Assembly: GCA_020854815.1 (NCBI GenBank)
Contig: JAHKLW010000029.1
Location: 21,821-85,820 of the forward strand
DNA: 64,000 nucleotides
Reading direction: 5' to 3'
DNA from: Methanofastidiosum sp.
GTDB lineage: Archaea; Methanobacteriota_B; Thermococci; Methanofastidiosales; Methanofastidiosaceae
The notes below the pieces were generated by a model. That model ran no database searches and was not told where the DNA came from. It saw nothing but the letters and a program-made list of their open reading frames with translations. The position numbers and the translations under genes are program-made. Below are positions 17,150 through 26,278 of the stretch, piece by piece; positions within the stretch are counted from its first letter, which is position 1; every line of letters starts with the position of its first letter.

Positions 17150-18136
17150 TTAATTTTTGTTTTTATTTAGGATCTCTAATATCTTCATTATAGGTATTGA
17201 CCCTGTCGGGTCTCTACTAGATGCGTAGTGGAATCCCATATCTACTGTGCCTTTGTCCCATTTCTCATCTGTCCTTGTTGTAAATCCATTGTATAGCCCA
17301 AGGGCAGCTGACTCGTCTGAGCCAGAATCAACAGATGGACTAGCAATTGAAAGGTAATACTCACCAAGTCTTCCTGTAGCAAACTTTGGATCAACTGAAA
17401 TTGAGCCTATGCCAGGCCCCTGCTCATCGTAATCTCCTCCGGTATTGCCCCACGCATTTGAATATGTTATTTCTGATGGGTCGCCATCATCCTCTATGTC
17501 AAATCCTTCATCGCCGTTTCCGACAGCGATGCAGTTTATCACTTTGGTTCCTCCATAGTCATCATAGAATCCATCGCTACTATTATTTGCAGCTGTGCAA
17601 TTTATGTATGTGCAGTGGCTATTATCGTCAAATCCATCTGTATTGTCATATGCTAGACAGTTCTTGAGCGTTCCATAATCGTCTGTAACAAATCCATCAA
17701 AAGCGTTGCTATGGGAGATACAGTTCTCAATATACACATAGTTGCCATCAAGGTAGAATCCGGCACCTGAAGCATTCCTAATAGTTATATTTTTCATTGT
17801 AGTATAGGAGCTAGTGCTAGATATCGCATTGCCGACGCCGGCATTTGTGGCATCAATTATAGTATTGAAAGGACTGTCCCCGATTATTGTAAGATTACTT
17901 GCTGAAAATTCAATTCCGTCTTTAATATAATAAGTCCCTGCATGAACGTAAATTGTTGACCCGGGGGGTGCGCCTTGGATTGTGTCATGAAGGACCTGCC
18001 ATCCATCGCTTTCGTATACATGGTATACGTCTGCTGAAACTGGATTTACCATAATTAAAATAGATATTAATAAAATTCCAGATATTAAAAATGAAGTAAG
18101 TTTTTTCATTATAGTCGCCATTATAAAAAAAATCAT
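17150..18136 (-). CDS. secreted right-handed parallel beta-helix (PbH1/pectate-lyase-fold) protein with C-terminal 'SIPIMKILEILNKNKN' motif
   Basis: Signal peptide (likely start 'MKKLTSFL' at 18109). Has repeated 'N..DGF' beta-helix rungs ('NAFDGFVTDD', 'NTDGFDDN', 'SSDGFYDD', 'GDEGFDIED'). It is a paralogue of 25180..26181. Confidence 0.7.
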   Translation of the reverse strand: MIFFIMATIMKKLTSFLISGILLISILIMVNPVSADVYHVYESDGWQVLHDTIQGAPPGSTIYVHAGTYYIKDGIEFSASNLTIIGDSPFNTIIDATNAGVGNAISSTSSYTTMKNITIRNASGAGFYLDGNYVYIENCISHSNAFDGFVTDDYGTLKNCLAYDNTDGFDDNSHCTYINCTAANNSSDGFYDDYGGTKVINCIAVGNGDEGFDIEDDGDPSEITYSNAWGNTGGDYDEQGPGIGSISVDPKFATGRLGEYYLSIASPSVDSGSDESAALGLYNGFTTRTDEKWDKGTVDMGFHYASSRDPTGSIPIMKILEILNKNKN

Positions 18137-18171
18137 GAGATTATATAACTGTTACGGCTAGTTAGAATAAG

Positions 18172-18197
18172 AAATAATTTAGTTCCTAAAGCTTGTA
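18172..18197. repeat. 26-bp direct repeat 'aaataatttagttcctaaagcttgta' (copy 1 of 2; copy 2 at 19563..19588)
   Basis: Exact 26/26 match with 19563..19588. Copy 2 is the 3' end (codons 'TSFRN*') of the UPF0210 gene. Copy 1 lies downstream of the COG1373 ATPase gene, so the two copies bracket it. Confidence 0.8.
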
Positions 18198-18222
18198 GCT
18201 GATATTATTACCTTTTGATTTT

Positions 18223-19539
18223 TTAGAGGTTTGACATATTACTTTTTTCAATAACCCACCTATAAGCAGGTATAACTCTAATTTTTTTATCTTCTATTTG
18301 AATTTCATCTGTCTGTTCAAAAGTTATGATTAGTCCTTCTCTAATCTTTAAGGCGTCCATAACTTCAATCAATCCATTTATCTCCCGTTCCATATTAGTT
18401 TCATCGAGTGCAAAACTGACCTGTATAGCATCTGTTATTTTGTTGCCCTTTTTGACTAGGAAGTCACATTCGTTCTTGTTTGAGTAGTAATAGATATCTT
18501 TATTTTCCCTCTTTAGCTCGATATACACCAGATTCTCTAAGTTTCTACCTTTGTTTGGCGTAAATGTTAAGCCACATATCTTGTTGAACGCTTGGTCGAC
18601 AAGGTATATCTTCCTTGGAGAGTTAAGCTGCTGTCTCAATGAATGGGAGAATTTTAGCACTTCGAAGAAGATGTAGGAGTTCCCAAGATAGGAAATATAC
18701 TCTTTCACAGTTATGGCATTCCCAAGGTTAAGTGTTTTTTTAAGAGAGTTGTATGTGAACTTACATGTGGCGTTAGTTGCAAGTATATTAACGAGCTCCT
18801 TCAATAGCTTCTCTTTCTTTATAGAATACCTAACTATTATATCCTTATACAGTATGTTCTCATACACTGTTTTTAAGTAATCCGAATCTTGATTTTTTAG
18901 ATACTCTGGAAATCCCCCGGAGTTAAGGTATTCTTCAAAGAGTTTTTGAAGATTAATCCTTTTTTCAGATATGTAAAAATCATCCTTGTTGAAGATTATA
19001 TTTTTGAATGAGAGGAACTCCACAAATGAGAAGGGGTATACCTCAAACACCTTGTATCTCCCTGTAAGCCTTGTACCAAACTCTTTGCTAAGAAGAGACG
19101 CATTTGATCCGGTGATTATTATTTTTTTGCCTTGGTCCTGTAATCTTCTAACAAAAGTTTCAAATTTCTCAACGTTTTGGATCTCGTCGAAGAAGTAGAT
19201 TTTTGAGGGTCCGTATGATTCGATTAGGACTTCGTTTAGAGTTTCGAATTCTTTAGCGTTAAAGTCAAGTAATCTTTCGTCTTCAAAGTTTATATAACAC
19301 CATCCCGATTTATTCTGCATTAATTGTTTTAACAGGGTAGATTTGCCACACCTTCTGACACCCGTTAGGATAATTATCCTTTCATCTTCGAAGAAACCTA
19401 ATATTTTATCTAATATCTCTCTTCTTACTGTTTCTTTCTGGATGTTTAGTTCCTTTTTTTGATTTATCACTACCTGTCTCAATATCTCTTTGGTAGTCAT
19501 ACTCATTAATAATGAGTACTTATATATAAATCTACTCAT
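18223..19539 (-). CDS. AAA+ superfamily ATPase, COG1373/DUF4143-type (archaeal ATPase)
   Basis: Walker A 'GVRRCGKSTLL' and Walker B 'IYFFDEIQ', with an overall COG1373-like architecture and a DUF4143-like C-terminal domain. The probable start is 'MTTKEIL' at 19500. Confidence 0.7.
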   Translation of the reverse strand: MSRFIYKYSLLMSMTTKEILRQVVINQKKELNIQKETVRREILDKILGFFEDERIIILTGVRRCGKSTLLKQLMQNKSGWCYINFEDERLLDFNAKEFETLNEVLIESYGPSKIYFFDEIQNVEKFETFVRRLQDQGKKIIITGSNASLLSKEFGTRLTGRYKVFEVYPFSFVEFLSFKNIIFNKDDFYISEKRINLQKLFEEYLNSGGFPEYLKNQDSDYLKTVYENILYKDIIVRYSIKKEKLLKELVNILATNATCKFTYNSLKKTLNLGNAITVKEYISYLGNSYIFFEVLKFSHSLRQQLNSPRKIYLVDQAFNKICGLTFTPNKGRNLENLVYIELKRENKDIYYYSNKNECDFLVKKGNKITDAIQVSFALDETNMEREINGLIEVMDALKIREGLIITFEQTDEIQIEDKKIRVIPAYRWVIEKSNMSNL

Positions 19540-19551
19540 TGCTAATGAGTA
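19497..19551. promoter_or_regulatory. two palindromic sites 'ACTCATTAATAATGAGT' and 'TACTCATTGCTAATGAGTA' about 32 bp apart at the 5' end of the ATPase gene
   Basis: Perfect 8-bp half-sites ('ACTCATTA'/'TAATGAGT') at 19501-19517 and 19533-19551. They overlap the candidate start codons and look like operators for a dimeric regulator. Confidence 0.35.
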
Positions 19552-19562
19552 TTTTAAATAAA

Positions 19563-19588
19563 AAATAATTTAGTTCCTAAAGCTTGTA
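19563..19588. repeat. 26-bp direct repeat (copy 2 of 2), overlapping the stop region of the UPF0210 gene
   Basis: Identical to 18172..18197. Confidence 0.8.
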
Positions 19589-20931
19589 ACAGATGCCGGA
19601 ATCCTGCCGCCACGTTTTACGAATCTAGAGCAGTCAACCTTCTTTACAGGCATTACTGACCCTTCGCCTAACAGGCCTCCAAAGTGGACATAGTCCCCTT
19701 CCTTCTTTCCTTTGATTGGAACAAGCCTGACACCAACAGTCTTGTTGTTGTATACGCCTATGGCAATCTCATCTGCGATAATCCCTGCAATGATCTCTTC
19801 TGGAGTGTCGCCTGGTATTGGGACCATATCTAGCCCTACAGAGCATACTGATGTCATAGCTTCAAGCTTTTCAATATTGATGTAGCCCTCTTTTGCAACT
19901 TCAATCATGCCTCGGTCTTCTGATACAGGTATGAACGCGCCGCTGTATCCTCCGATTCTAGAGCTTGCCATGATGCCTCCTTTCTTTACAGCGTCAGTTA
20001 GAAGTGCTAATGCGCAAGTGGATCCAGGACCGCCGCAGTGCTCTATGCCCATGTCCTCAATGATCTTTGCAACGCTATCCCCTACCGCAGGAGTTGGTGC
20101 TAGAGACAGATCGATTGAGCCAAAGTCAACCTTCATTCTTTTAGCGACCTCTTCCCCAATCAATTCCCCGGCTCTGACAATTTTGAAAGAGACTCGCTTT
20201 ATGGTGTCGCATAGCTCCATGAAGTTCCCATCGGTCTTTTCTACTGCAGCCCTTACTACCCCTGGCCCGCTGATACCTACATTAATTGATGCGTCAGAGT
20301 TTCCAATGCCGTGATAAGCACCTGGCATGAAAGGTATATCTTCTGGTGCGTTTGCTAGAACTACTAGCCTTGCGCATCCAGTATCAGATACCTCAGAGGT
20401 CTTTTTGATTATCCGGCCCATCCTAAGGATCTCGTCCATGTTTATTCCATCACGAGTTGATGCGACAACTACTGAAGAGCAGAGCCTCTCTGTAGCGTCC
20501 ATTGCCTCTGGTATTGATTCAATAAGGATGTTGTCCCCTAGTGATGCTGCCCTATGAACAAGAGCTGTATAGCCCCCAATAAAATTGATACCTAGGTCTT
20601 CAGCTGCCTCATCAAGAGTTGTGGCTATCTTTACTGCCGCCTTTTTTGAAGGCATTCCAAGAGCATTTATTATTAAAGAAATTGGAGTCACAGCTATCCT
20701 TTTGTTCACTATCGGGATTCCAAAATCTTCCTGAACGCTGTTTACGATCTCGACGAAATCCCCGGCTTTGTCCTCTAGCTTTTCAGCTATCCGCTCGCAT
20801 GTGTGGCCTACATCATTTTTAGCACAATCCAATAAATTGATGCCGAGCGTAACAGTCCTTATGTCAAGCTGCTCAACCTTTACCATCTTTATGGTCTCAA
20901 GAATCTCATCAGATGTTACCATAGGCCTCAA
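19570..20931 (-). CDS. UPF0210 family protein
   Basis: 453 aa. Shows the conserved partnership with a small ACT-domain (UPF0237) gene immediately upstream; the two overlap by 4 nt. Confidence 0.6.
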   Translation of the reverse strand: MRPMVTSDEILETIKMVKVEQLDIRTVTLGINLLDCAKNDVGHTCERIAEKLEDKAGDFVEIVNSVQEDFGIPIVNKRIAVTPISLIINALGMPSKKAAVKIATTLDEAAEDLGINFIGGYTALVHRAASLGDNILIESIPEAMDATERLCSSVVVASTRDGINMDEILRMGRIIKKTSEVSDTGCARLVVLANAPEDIPFMPGAYHGIGNSDASINVGISGPGVVRAAVEKTDGNFMELCDTIKRVSFKIVRAGELIGEEVAKRMKVDFGSIDLSLAPTPAVGDSVAKIIEDMGIEHCGGPGSTCALALLTDAVKKGGIMASSRIGGYSGAFIPVSEDRGMIEVAKEGYINIEKLEAMTSVCSVGLDMVPIPGDTPEEIIAGIIADEIAIGVYNNKTVGVRLVPIKGKKEGDYVHFGGLLGEGSVMPVKKVDCSRFVKRGGRIPASVTSFRN

Positions 20932-21215
20932 ACCCTGTGCATCCTGTCAAATATCTCTTTCCTTTGAATTAGAAGATTAATGTTAAGTTTGGCCCCTTCG
21001 TCCTCTAGGTCCTTCTTTATCTTCTTAAAGTCATAGCCTGATGTGGATATATCGGCTATGGCAATCATTGAGAATACGCCGTCAAGAACGGTCTGGCTGA
21101 GCTCTAGTATATTGACATTTAAGTCAGCTAGCACCCTTGTAACACCTGCCACGATACCGGGCCTATCGGCTGATAATACAGTAATAACAATCTTTTCTCC
21201 AATTTTGTCTGCCAT
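20928..21215 (-). CDS. ACT domain protein (UPF0237 family)
   Basis: 95 aa, 'IVITVLSADRPGIVAGVTRVLADLNVNILELSQT' ACT fold. Precedes the UPF0210 gene. Confidence 0.65.
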   Translation of the reverse strand: MADKIGEKIVITVLSADRPGIVAGVTRVLADLNVNILELSQTVLDGVFSMIAIADISTSGYDFKKIKKDLEDEGAKLNINLLIQRKEIFDRMHRV

Positions 21216-21321
21216 GTCTAAAAAGATGTTTATTGTCTTAAAAAGTTAGTGGAGAAAAGAAGATATTTATTTTATTATACTATACCATAAAATATATAAA
21301 GAAGTAAGATAATCTTACTTT

Positions 21322-21609
21322 ATGGCTACAACTACCGTAAACTCCAAGGAAGAGTTCACACGTGTAAGCTCTAAAGGGCAGATTGTCATCCCAAAAGATA
21401 TCAGGGATAATCTAGATATCAAAGAGGGCGATCTTCTAGCCGCAGTTTCTGAAGAGAACTTCATCATCTTGAAAAAGATTGACCCCAAGATTACTGAAGA
21501 AGAGAAGGTACTCCTAAAAAGAATAAAGGAATCCTGGGACAGTATAGATAGGGGCGATTACACAGAGATGGAAGGAAGCGAACTCCTAAAGGAAATGAAG
21601 AAATGGTAA
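21322..21609 (+). CDS. AbrB/SpoVT-family antitoxin
   Basis: Has the 'SSKGQIVIPKDIRDNLDIKEGDLL' swapped-hairpin motif. Overlaps the downstream RelE-like gene (ATGGTAA). Confidence 0.6.
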   Translation: MATTTVNSKEEFTRVSSKGQIVIPKDIRDNLDIKEGDLLAAVSEENFIILKKIDPKITEEEKVLLKRIKESWDSIDRGDYTEMEGSELLKEMKKW

Positions 21610-21818
21610 GGGTAGTATATTCTAAGGAATTTGAGCAGGATGTCAAAAAGATCCGCGACAAGGCTTTAAAGGAACGACTTATTAAACAAGTTAAGAAAAT
21701 ACTTAAAAATCCCGATATTGAAAAGCCCCTGCGATACAATCTAAAAGGCGAGAGGTCTGTCTACGTCCCTCCATATAGATTAGTATATGCGCTTATTGAT
21801 GACAAGATTTTTTTCTGA
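21603..21818 (+). CDS. relE: RelE/ParE-family toxin
   Basis: 71 aa, '...NLKGERSVYVPPYRLVYALIDDKIFF', a typical RelE/StbE C-terminus. Translationally coupled to the antitoxin. Confidence 0.6.
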   Translation: MVRVVYSKEFEQDVKKIRDKALKERLIKQVKKILKNPDIEKPLRYNLKGERSVYVPPYRLVYALIDDKIFF

Positions 21819-21884
21819 GGTTTAGACACCGGGAAGATGTCTACGATTGAAAGTTGTAATAAGAGAAAATAAATAAAGAAAGAG

Positions 21885-22982
21885 TTACTTTTCTTTTAGA
21901 TTCAATCCAAGTATCTTAAGTATCTGTGCTATTGGAAGTGACTTGCTTCTTGGTGGTGTGCCCTGGTACTTAATTGTAAAGTAGTCATATTGTGAGATGT
22001 TCCATACGTATCCTGTGACGATAATGTTGTTTTGTGAGTCTATAGCGATATCATAGGAGTCGTCATAATCATTTGAGAAGTCATATTTTCTTTCCCAGAC
22101 CTTTTTGCCGTTTGGATCATATTTGACGGTCAAGTACTGGTAGTATCTATAAGAGTCGTATTCCCCTCCAGTTATGAAAATATTGTTGTATGAATCAACT
22201 GCGACTTTATAGCTCCATCTGCCGCCTGTGTTATCAATTATATCCCAAAGCTCTGCACCGCTAGAGCTGTACTTCACTGTGACTGATGAATAACTGTTTA
22301 CATGATCATCTGCATAACCCGATATAATCACATTGTTAAGGGAGTCTATCGCAACACCGGGAGAGTAGTCTGAGTCACCACTGTCAAAGATCTTTTCCCA
22401 GATTATATTGCCACTTGAATCATACTTTACAGTATAGAAGTCACTTGCAGAAACTCCTGTAACGACAATATTGCTATGCGAGTCAACTGCAACGCCATAT
22501 ACTGTTCCAAGATAATCCACCTGGCGGAGAAGATTGCCATTTGAATCATACTTTATTATACCAGAGTTCCCAGCCACTATGACATTGTTTTGTGAGTCTG
22601 TTGTAACTGCATAAGCGGTACCTGAATATGGCTCATCCCAGATATAGGTTCCATTTGGACCATATTTTACAGTCCCACTATCTCCTGTTACTATGATATT
22701 GTTTTGGGAATCTGTTGTAACGTCGCGGGGCTTTCCAGATGGACCTATTACGGCTGTTGGCCACGCTAGATTGCCACTTGAATCGTACTTTATTATCAAA
22801 TAGTTAGCGCCAGAGTATCCAGAGACTATGACATTGTTCTGCGAATCAGTTGCGACACCGTAAGAGTAATAATTACTGGAAGGATAGATTTTAGACCAGA
22901 TAATATCGCCATCTCCAGCAGATGCCAATCCTAGAGAGGCAACAAACATTATCGCTACTAAAATAGAGATTAGTTTTCTCAT
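21885..22982 (-). CDS. secreted SBBP-type beta-propeller repeat protein with C-terminal 'KSLPIAQILKILGLNLKEK' motif
   Basis: Signal peptide 'MRKLISILVAIMFVASLGLASA'. Has about 7 repeats of 'DSQNNVIV(S/T)GYS...(I/V)KYDSSGN'. C-terminal shared motif. Confidence 0.65.
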   Translation of the reverse strand: MRKLISILVAIMFVASLGLASAGDGDIIWSKIYPSSNYYSYGVATDSQNNVIVSGYSGANYLIIKYDSSGNLAWPTAVIGPSGKPRDVTTDSQNNIIVTGDSGTVKYGPNGTYIWDEPYSGTAYAVTTDSQNNVIVAGNSGIIKYDSNGNLLRQVDYLGTVYGVAVDSHSNIVVTGVSASDFYTVKYDSSGNIIWEKIFDSGDSDYSPGVAIDSLNNVIISGYADDHVNSYSSVTVKYSSSGAELWDIIDNTGGRWSYKVAVDSYNNIFITGGEYDSYRYYQYLTVKYDPNGKKVWERKYDFSNDYDDSYDIAIDSQNNIIVTGYVWNISQYDYFTIKYQGTPPRSKSLPIAQILKILGLNLKEK

Positions 22983-23122
22983 ATTGTTTCACCTAGTGCT
23001 ACCATAAAATAGTCAAGCAATGATATATAAAATTATTGGTTATTATTGGTAATCAATGCTAAAAATATAGTTTTTATCTGTAAGGTTGAAAGTTAATAAT
23101 AAGAAAAGAAAAAAATATAGTA

Positions 23123-23902
23123 TTAGTTTTCTTGATTCTCTTTGAGAATCTTTAGTATCTGTGCTATGGGCAAAGACTTTGGATCTGGGTCTGCGCCTGT
23201 AGTAAACCAAAGTGCAAGTCCATTTCTTATTGGCCCATCGTATGAAACGCCTGTGACGTCATCAAGATCAAGCCCGATAACTGGGGGATGTTCATGATCG
23301 TCAATTATATTAGTTATGTTCTTGTACTGCATCTTGATATTACCGTTCTTGTAGAGTATTACCTGTACTGTTTGGGCCCCCTCGTTTGTACCCTCACCGT
23401 AATACATACCCGCTGCATCAAATTCAATAACAAGATAATCTCCAAAGTTCTGGTAGTATGCATTGCCCCTCTCTTTAAAACTCATATCATAAAATAGGAA
23501 GGCAATGAGTGGATTTTCACCCCAATAGTTTGTTCCGATTGAGTAACTTTCAGTAGGTATTTTATAACCATAATAGTTGTAACTTGCATAATTTCCTACT
23601 CCTGAAGAGAAATCTATGTGGCCGTTTGTTGAGAGGTAAAGCTGATTGTAAGTCTCCCCATAGAAGGGAAAATCAAAACCGATGTCAATCTTTACATAAT
23701 CATCGTCTAGTGGATTATCGCCGGCATTCGCCCACACAACTTCTGTTCCCGTATCCTTTATCTCAATCCAATTGTAGTTTGCATCATAGACTCTGTATGG
23801 ATTTGCTCCAAAGCTCGTATACTGCGCCCCAAGAATTGATGCTACCCCAAAAAAACTCCCTACAAAGAGTAAGGATATAACAATTGCATATAGTTTTTTC
23901 AT
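23123..23902 (-). CDS. secreted protein with C-terminal 'KSLPIAQILKILKENQEN' motif
   Basis: Signal peptide 'MKKLYAIVISLLFVGSFFGVASILGA'. Aromatic-rich beta-type sequence with the C-terminal shared motif. Confidence 0.6.
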   Translation of the reverse strand: MKKLYAIVISLLFVGSFFGVASILGAQYTSFGANPYRVYDANYNWIEIKDTGTEVVWANAGDNPLDDDYVKIDIGFDFPFYGETYNQLYLSTNGHIDFSSGVGNYASYNYYGYKIPTESYSIGTNYWGENPLIAFLFYDMSFKERGNAYYQNFGDYLVIEFDAAGMYYGEGTNEGAQTVQVILYKNGNIKMQYKNITNIIDDHEHPPVIGLDLDDVTGVSYDGPIRNGLALWFTTGADPDPKSLPIAQILKILKENQEN

Positions 23903-24005
23903 AATAATAACTCCATTAGATATAAAAAAATATTAATTATTAATATATAAATTTAACTGCAAGAACTAATTTATTATAAAAATAGAAAAAATTATAAAAA
24001 AGATT

Positions 24006-24701
24006 TTATATTGCAAGATCTCCTGGTGCGAGTTCCTCAACTTTTTTCCCTTTTGAGAGAAGGTCTTGCATTATCTCCAATCTCTTTAGAATAGTGCTTC
24101 TGTGGCACATGATGAATGTACATTTGTCGTCCCCTTTTGCTTTGCATGTTATTTCCCTTGCCTCAAGCGGTATGCCAAAGGATTCTTCACACCAGCCTGC
24201 AGAGTACCCGGCATTTATGTGGCAGATATTACGATTTGACTTCTCTCCTCTTTTCAAGAAGGGTTCAGCTTCAAAAGATCCAGGATGGTGATACACTAAC
24301 AGATAATTCTCGTCAGGTGAAGGTGCAGACGCCGGCAGAATGTCCACAAACGCCCAGCCGCTATATGAGAAGTATACTGGTCCCGCAGACAGCTTTTCTA
24401 AAGGATCTTTTATCCCAAATTTCTTGTGAAACTCTTTGGCTTCTTGGAGACCTACGGCCTTGCCAAATTTATACATGATCTGGTCTGCTCCCTTGTCCCC
24501 GTAAACTTCCTCTAAAGTGTGCCTAAAAGAAACTGCAAGCGATGTTGCACGAACCCACATATATCTATCGCCATCAATATCAATTCTCCCCTTTTCAGGC
24601 TGATGAACAACCTTTTTGAAGAATTCGTTAATTGTGTTTTCTGATTTAAGAAATATGGGTACCATCTCTGGGGGAACTTTTGCTGCCTTAAACTCAACCA
24701 T
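24006..24701 (-). CDS. V4R (4-vinyl reductase) domain protein
   Basis: C-terminal 'ICHINAGYSAGWCEESFG' matches the V4R 'C-h-x3-G-x3-G-x2-E' signature. Cytoplasmic, with no signal peptide. Confidence 0.5.
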   Translation of the reverse strand: MVEFKAAKVPPEMVPIFLKSENTINEFFKKVVHQPEKGRIDIDGDRYMWVRATSLAVSFRHTLEEVYGDKGADQIMYKFGKAVGLQEAKEFHKKFGIKDPLEKLSAGPVYFSYSGWAFVDILPASAPSPDENYLLVYHHPGSFEAEPFLKRGEKSNRNICHINAGYSAGWCEESFGIPLEAREITCKAKGDDKCTFIMCHRSTILKRLEIMQDLLSKGKKVEELAPGDLAI

Positions 24702-25073
24702 TTATATCACTCCTGAAATTTTGTCGGCCGTCCTTTTCATATCTAGAAAAACTAGGCCCAGTTTTGCATCCTTTTTTGCAAGTGCTGTGAGAACTGCATC
24801 TTCCCCAGCGCCCATTAAGAGAATGTATCCGTCCTGACCTTTAACAAAGACCTGCTCAAGAGACCCCTTCATGAGCTCTTTTGATGTTCTTTCTCCTAAT
24901 GAGAGCATTGCTGCTGACATTGCAGCTACTCTGTCCTCTTCGACGTCTTGTGGTAATTCACTTGCAATAATTAAACCATCAGTCGATACCACAGCAGATG
25001 CTTGAACATCTGCGGATGTTGATTTAAATTCTTTTAGAAGTTCTTTAAGTACTTCGGTTCTTGATTTGGCCAT
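24702..25073 (-). CDS. Roadblock/LC7 (MglB-like) domain protein
   Basis: 123 aa, 'SAVVSTDGLIIASELPQDVEEDRVAAMSAAMLSLGERTSKEL' Roadblock fold pattern. Abuts the V4R gene with no gap. Confidence 0.55.
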   Translation of the reverse strand: MAKSRTEVLKELLKEFKSTSADVQASAVVSTDGLIIASELPQDVEEDRVAAMSAAMLSLGERTSKELMKGSLEQVFVKGQDGYILLMGAGEDAVLTALAKKDAKLGLVFLDMKRTADKISGVI

Positions 25074-25179
25074 AAAAACTCCTCAATTGGTAATCTATAT
25101 TTACAGATGACAGATTTTTACGGCCTTATAAGGCTAGTGGAGAAAAAAATAATTAAAATAGAGAAAAATTAATAAAAAT

Positions 25180-26181
25180 TTATTCTTGATTTTCTTTTAG
25201 GATCTTAAGAATCTTATCCACTGGTAGGCTTGATGGTGGGCCTCTACTAGATGCGTAGTGGAATCCCATGTCTACTGTGCCTTTGTCCCAGATTCCATCT
25301 GTTCTTGTTGTAAATCCTTGGTACAGCCCAAGTGCCGCTGATGAGGTAGAGCCTTTATCTACGCATGGGCTATTTGGTGAAAGGTAGAAAGTGTCTATTC
25401 CATCGACAAACTTTGGGTCAACTGAAATAGAGCCAGTTCCGGCAGGTGTTTCGTCATAATTGCCCCAAGGATTATTCCATGCGTTACAATATATTACTTC
25501 TGATGGGTCATATTCATCCTCTATGTCAAATCCATTGTCACCATTTCCAACTGCTATGCAGTTTATCACTTTAGTTCCGCCATCGTCACTATAGAATCCA
25601 TCGTACACATTCCCAACAGAGGTGCAGTTGATGAATGTACTGTGGCTATTATCTCCAATCCCATCAGATCCGTTATTATATGAAAGGCAATTTTTAACTG
25701 TGGCATAATCGGTAACAAGAATACCGTTTGCTCCATCTGTAAAACCATTGCTGTGAGTGATACAATTCTCAATAGTTGCATACTCTCCCCCCACCCAATT
25801 TCCACCAACATTTTCTTGATCCATAAGAATTCCATATCCCGGCGCATTTCTTACAGTGATATTTTTTATAGTTATATATTTTTTCAAGGAGCAGAAGCCG
25901 TCCCCACCAGAAGATGTTGCATCAATTATGGTATTAAAAGGGCTATCGCCTATTATTGAAATATTATCTGCATTTACGGTAATTGTGCCATTTGTGGAAT
26001 AAATTCCTGCGTGAACGTAAATCGTGTCCCCTGCAGATGCAGCTTCAATTATTACCTCAATGTCGTCCCCTTGGTAGACATGATACGTTGCCGCAGAGAC
26101 CGGGCTTAATATCATAAAAATACTTGCAAAAAGTATTGACATTATTATTATAGATTTTATTTTATTCATAATAAACACCAT
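25180..26181 (-). CDS. secreted right-handed parallel beta-helix protein (paralogue of 17150..18136) with C-terminal 'LPVDKILKILKENQE' motif
   Basis: Signal peptide (start likely 'MNKIKSII' at 26169), 'N..DGF' rungs, and a C-terminal about 60 aa nearly identical to its paralogue. Confidence 0.7.
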   Translation of the reverse strand: MVFIMNKIKSIIIMSILFASIFMILSPVSAATYHVYQGDDIEVIIEAASAGDTIYVHAGIYSTNGTITVNADNISIIGDSPFNTIIDATSSGGDGFCSLKKYITIKNITVRNAPGYGILMDQENVGGNWVGGEYATIENCITHSNGFTDGANGILVTDYATVKNCLSYNNGSDGIGDNSHSTFINCTSVGNVYDGFYSDDGGTKVINCIAVGNGDNGFDIEDEYDPSEVIYCNAWNNPWGNYDETPAGTGSISVDPKFVDGIDTFYLSPNSPCVDKGSTSSAALGLYQGFTTRTDGIWDKGTVDMGFHYASSRGPPSSLPVDKILKILKENQE

Positions 26182-26278
26182 TATATTGTTAAAAATGGAA
26201 AGAAATTAATATATTTAAAGCTAACTATAAAAAAATCTATTAAAAAATAATGGTAAAATTATTATAAATTAAAAATAT

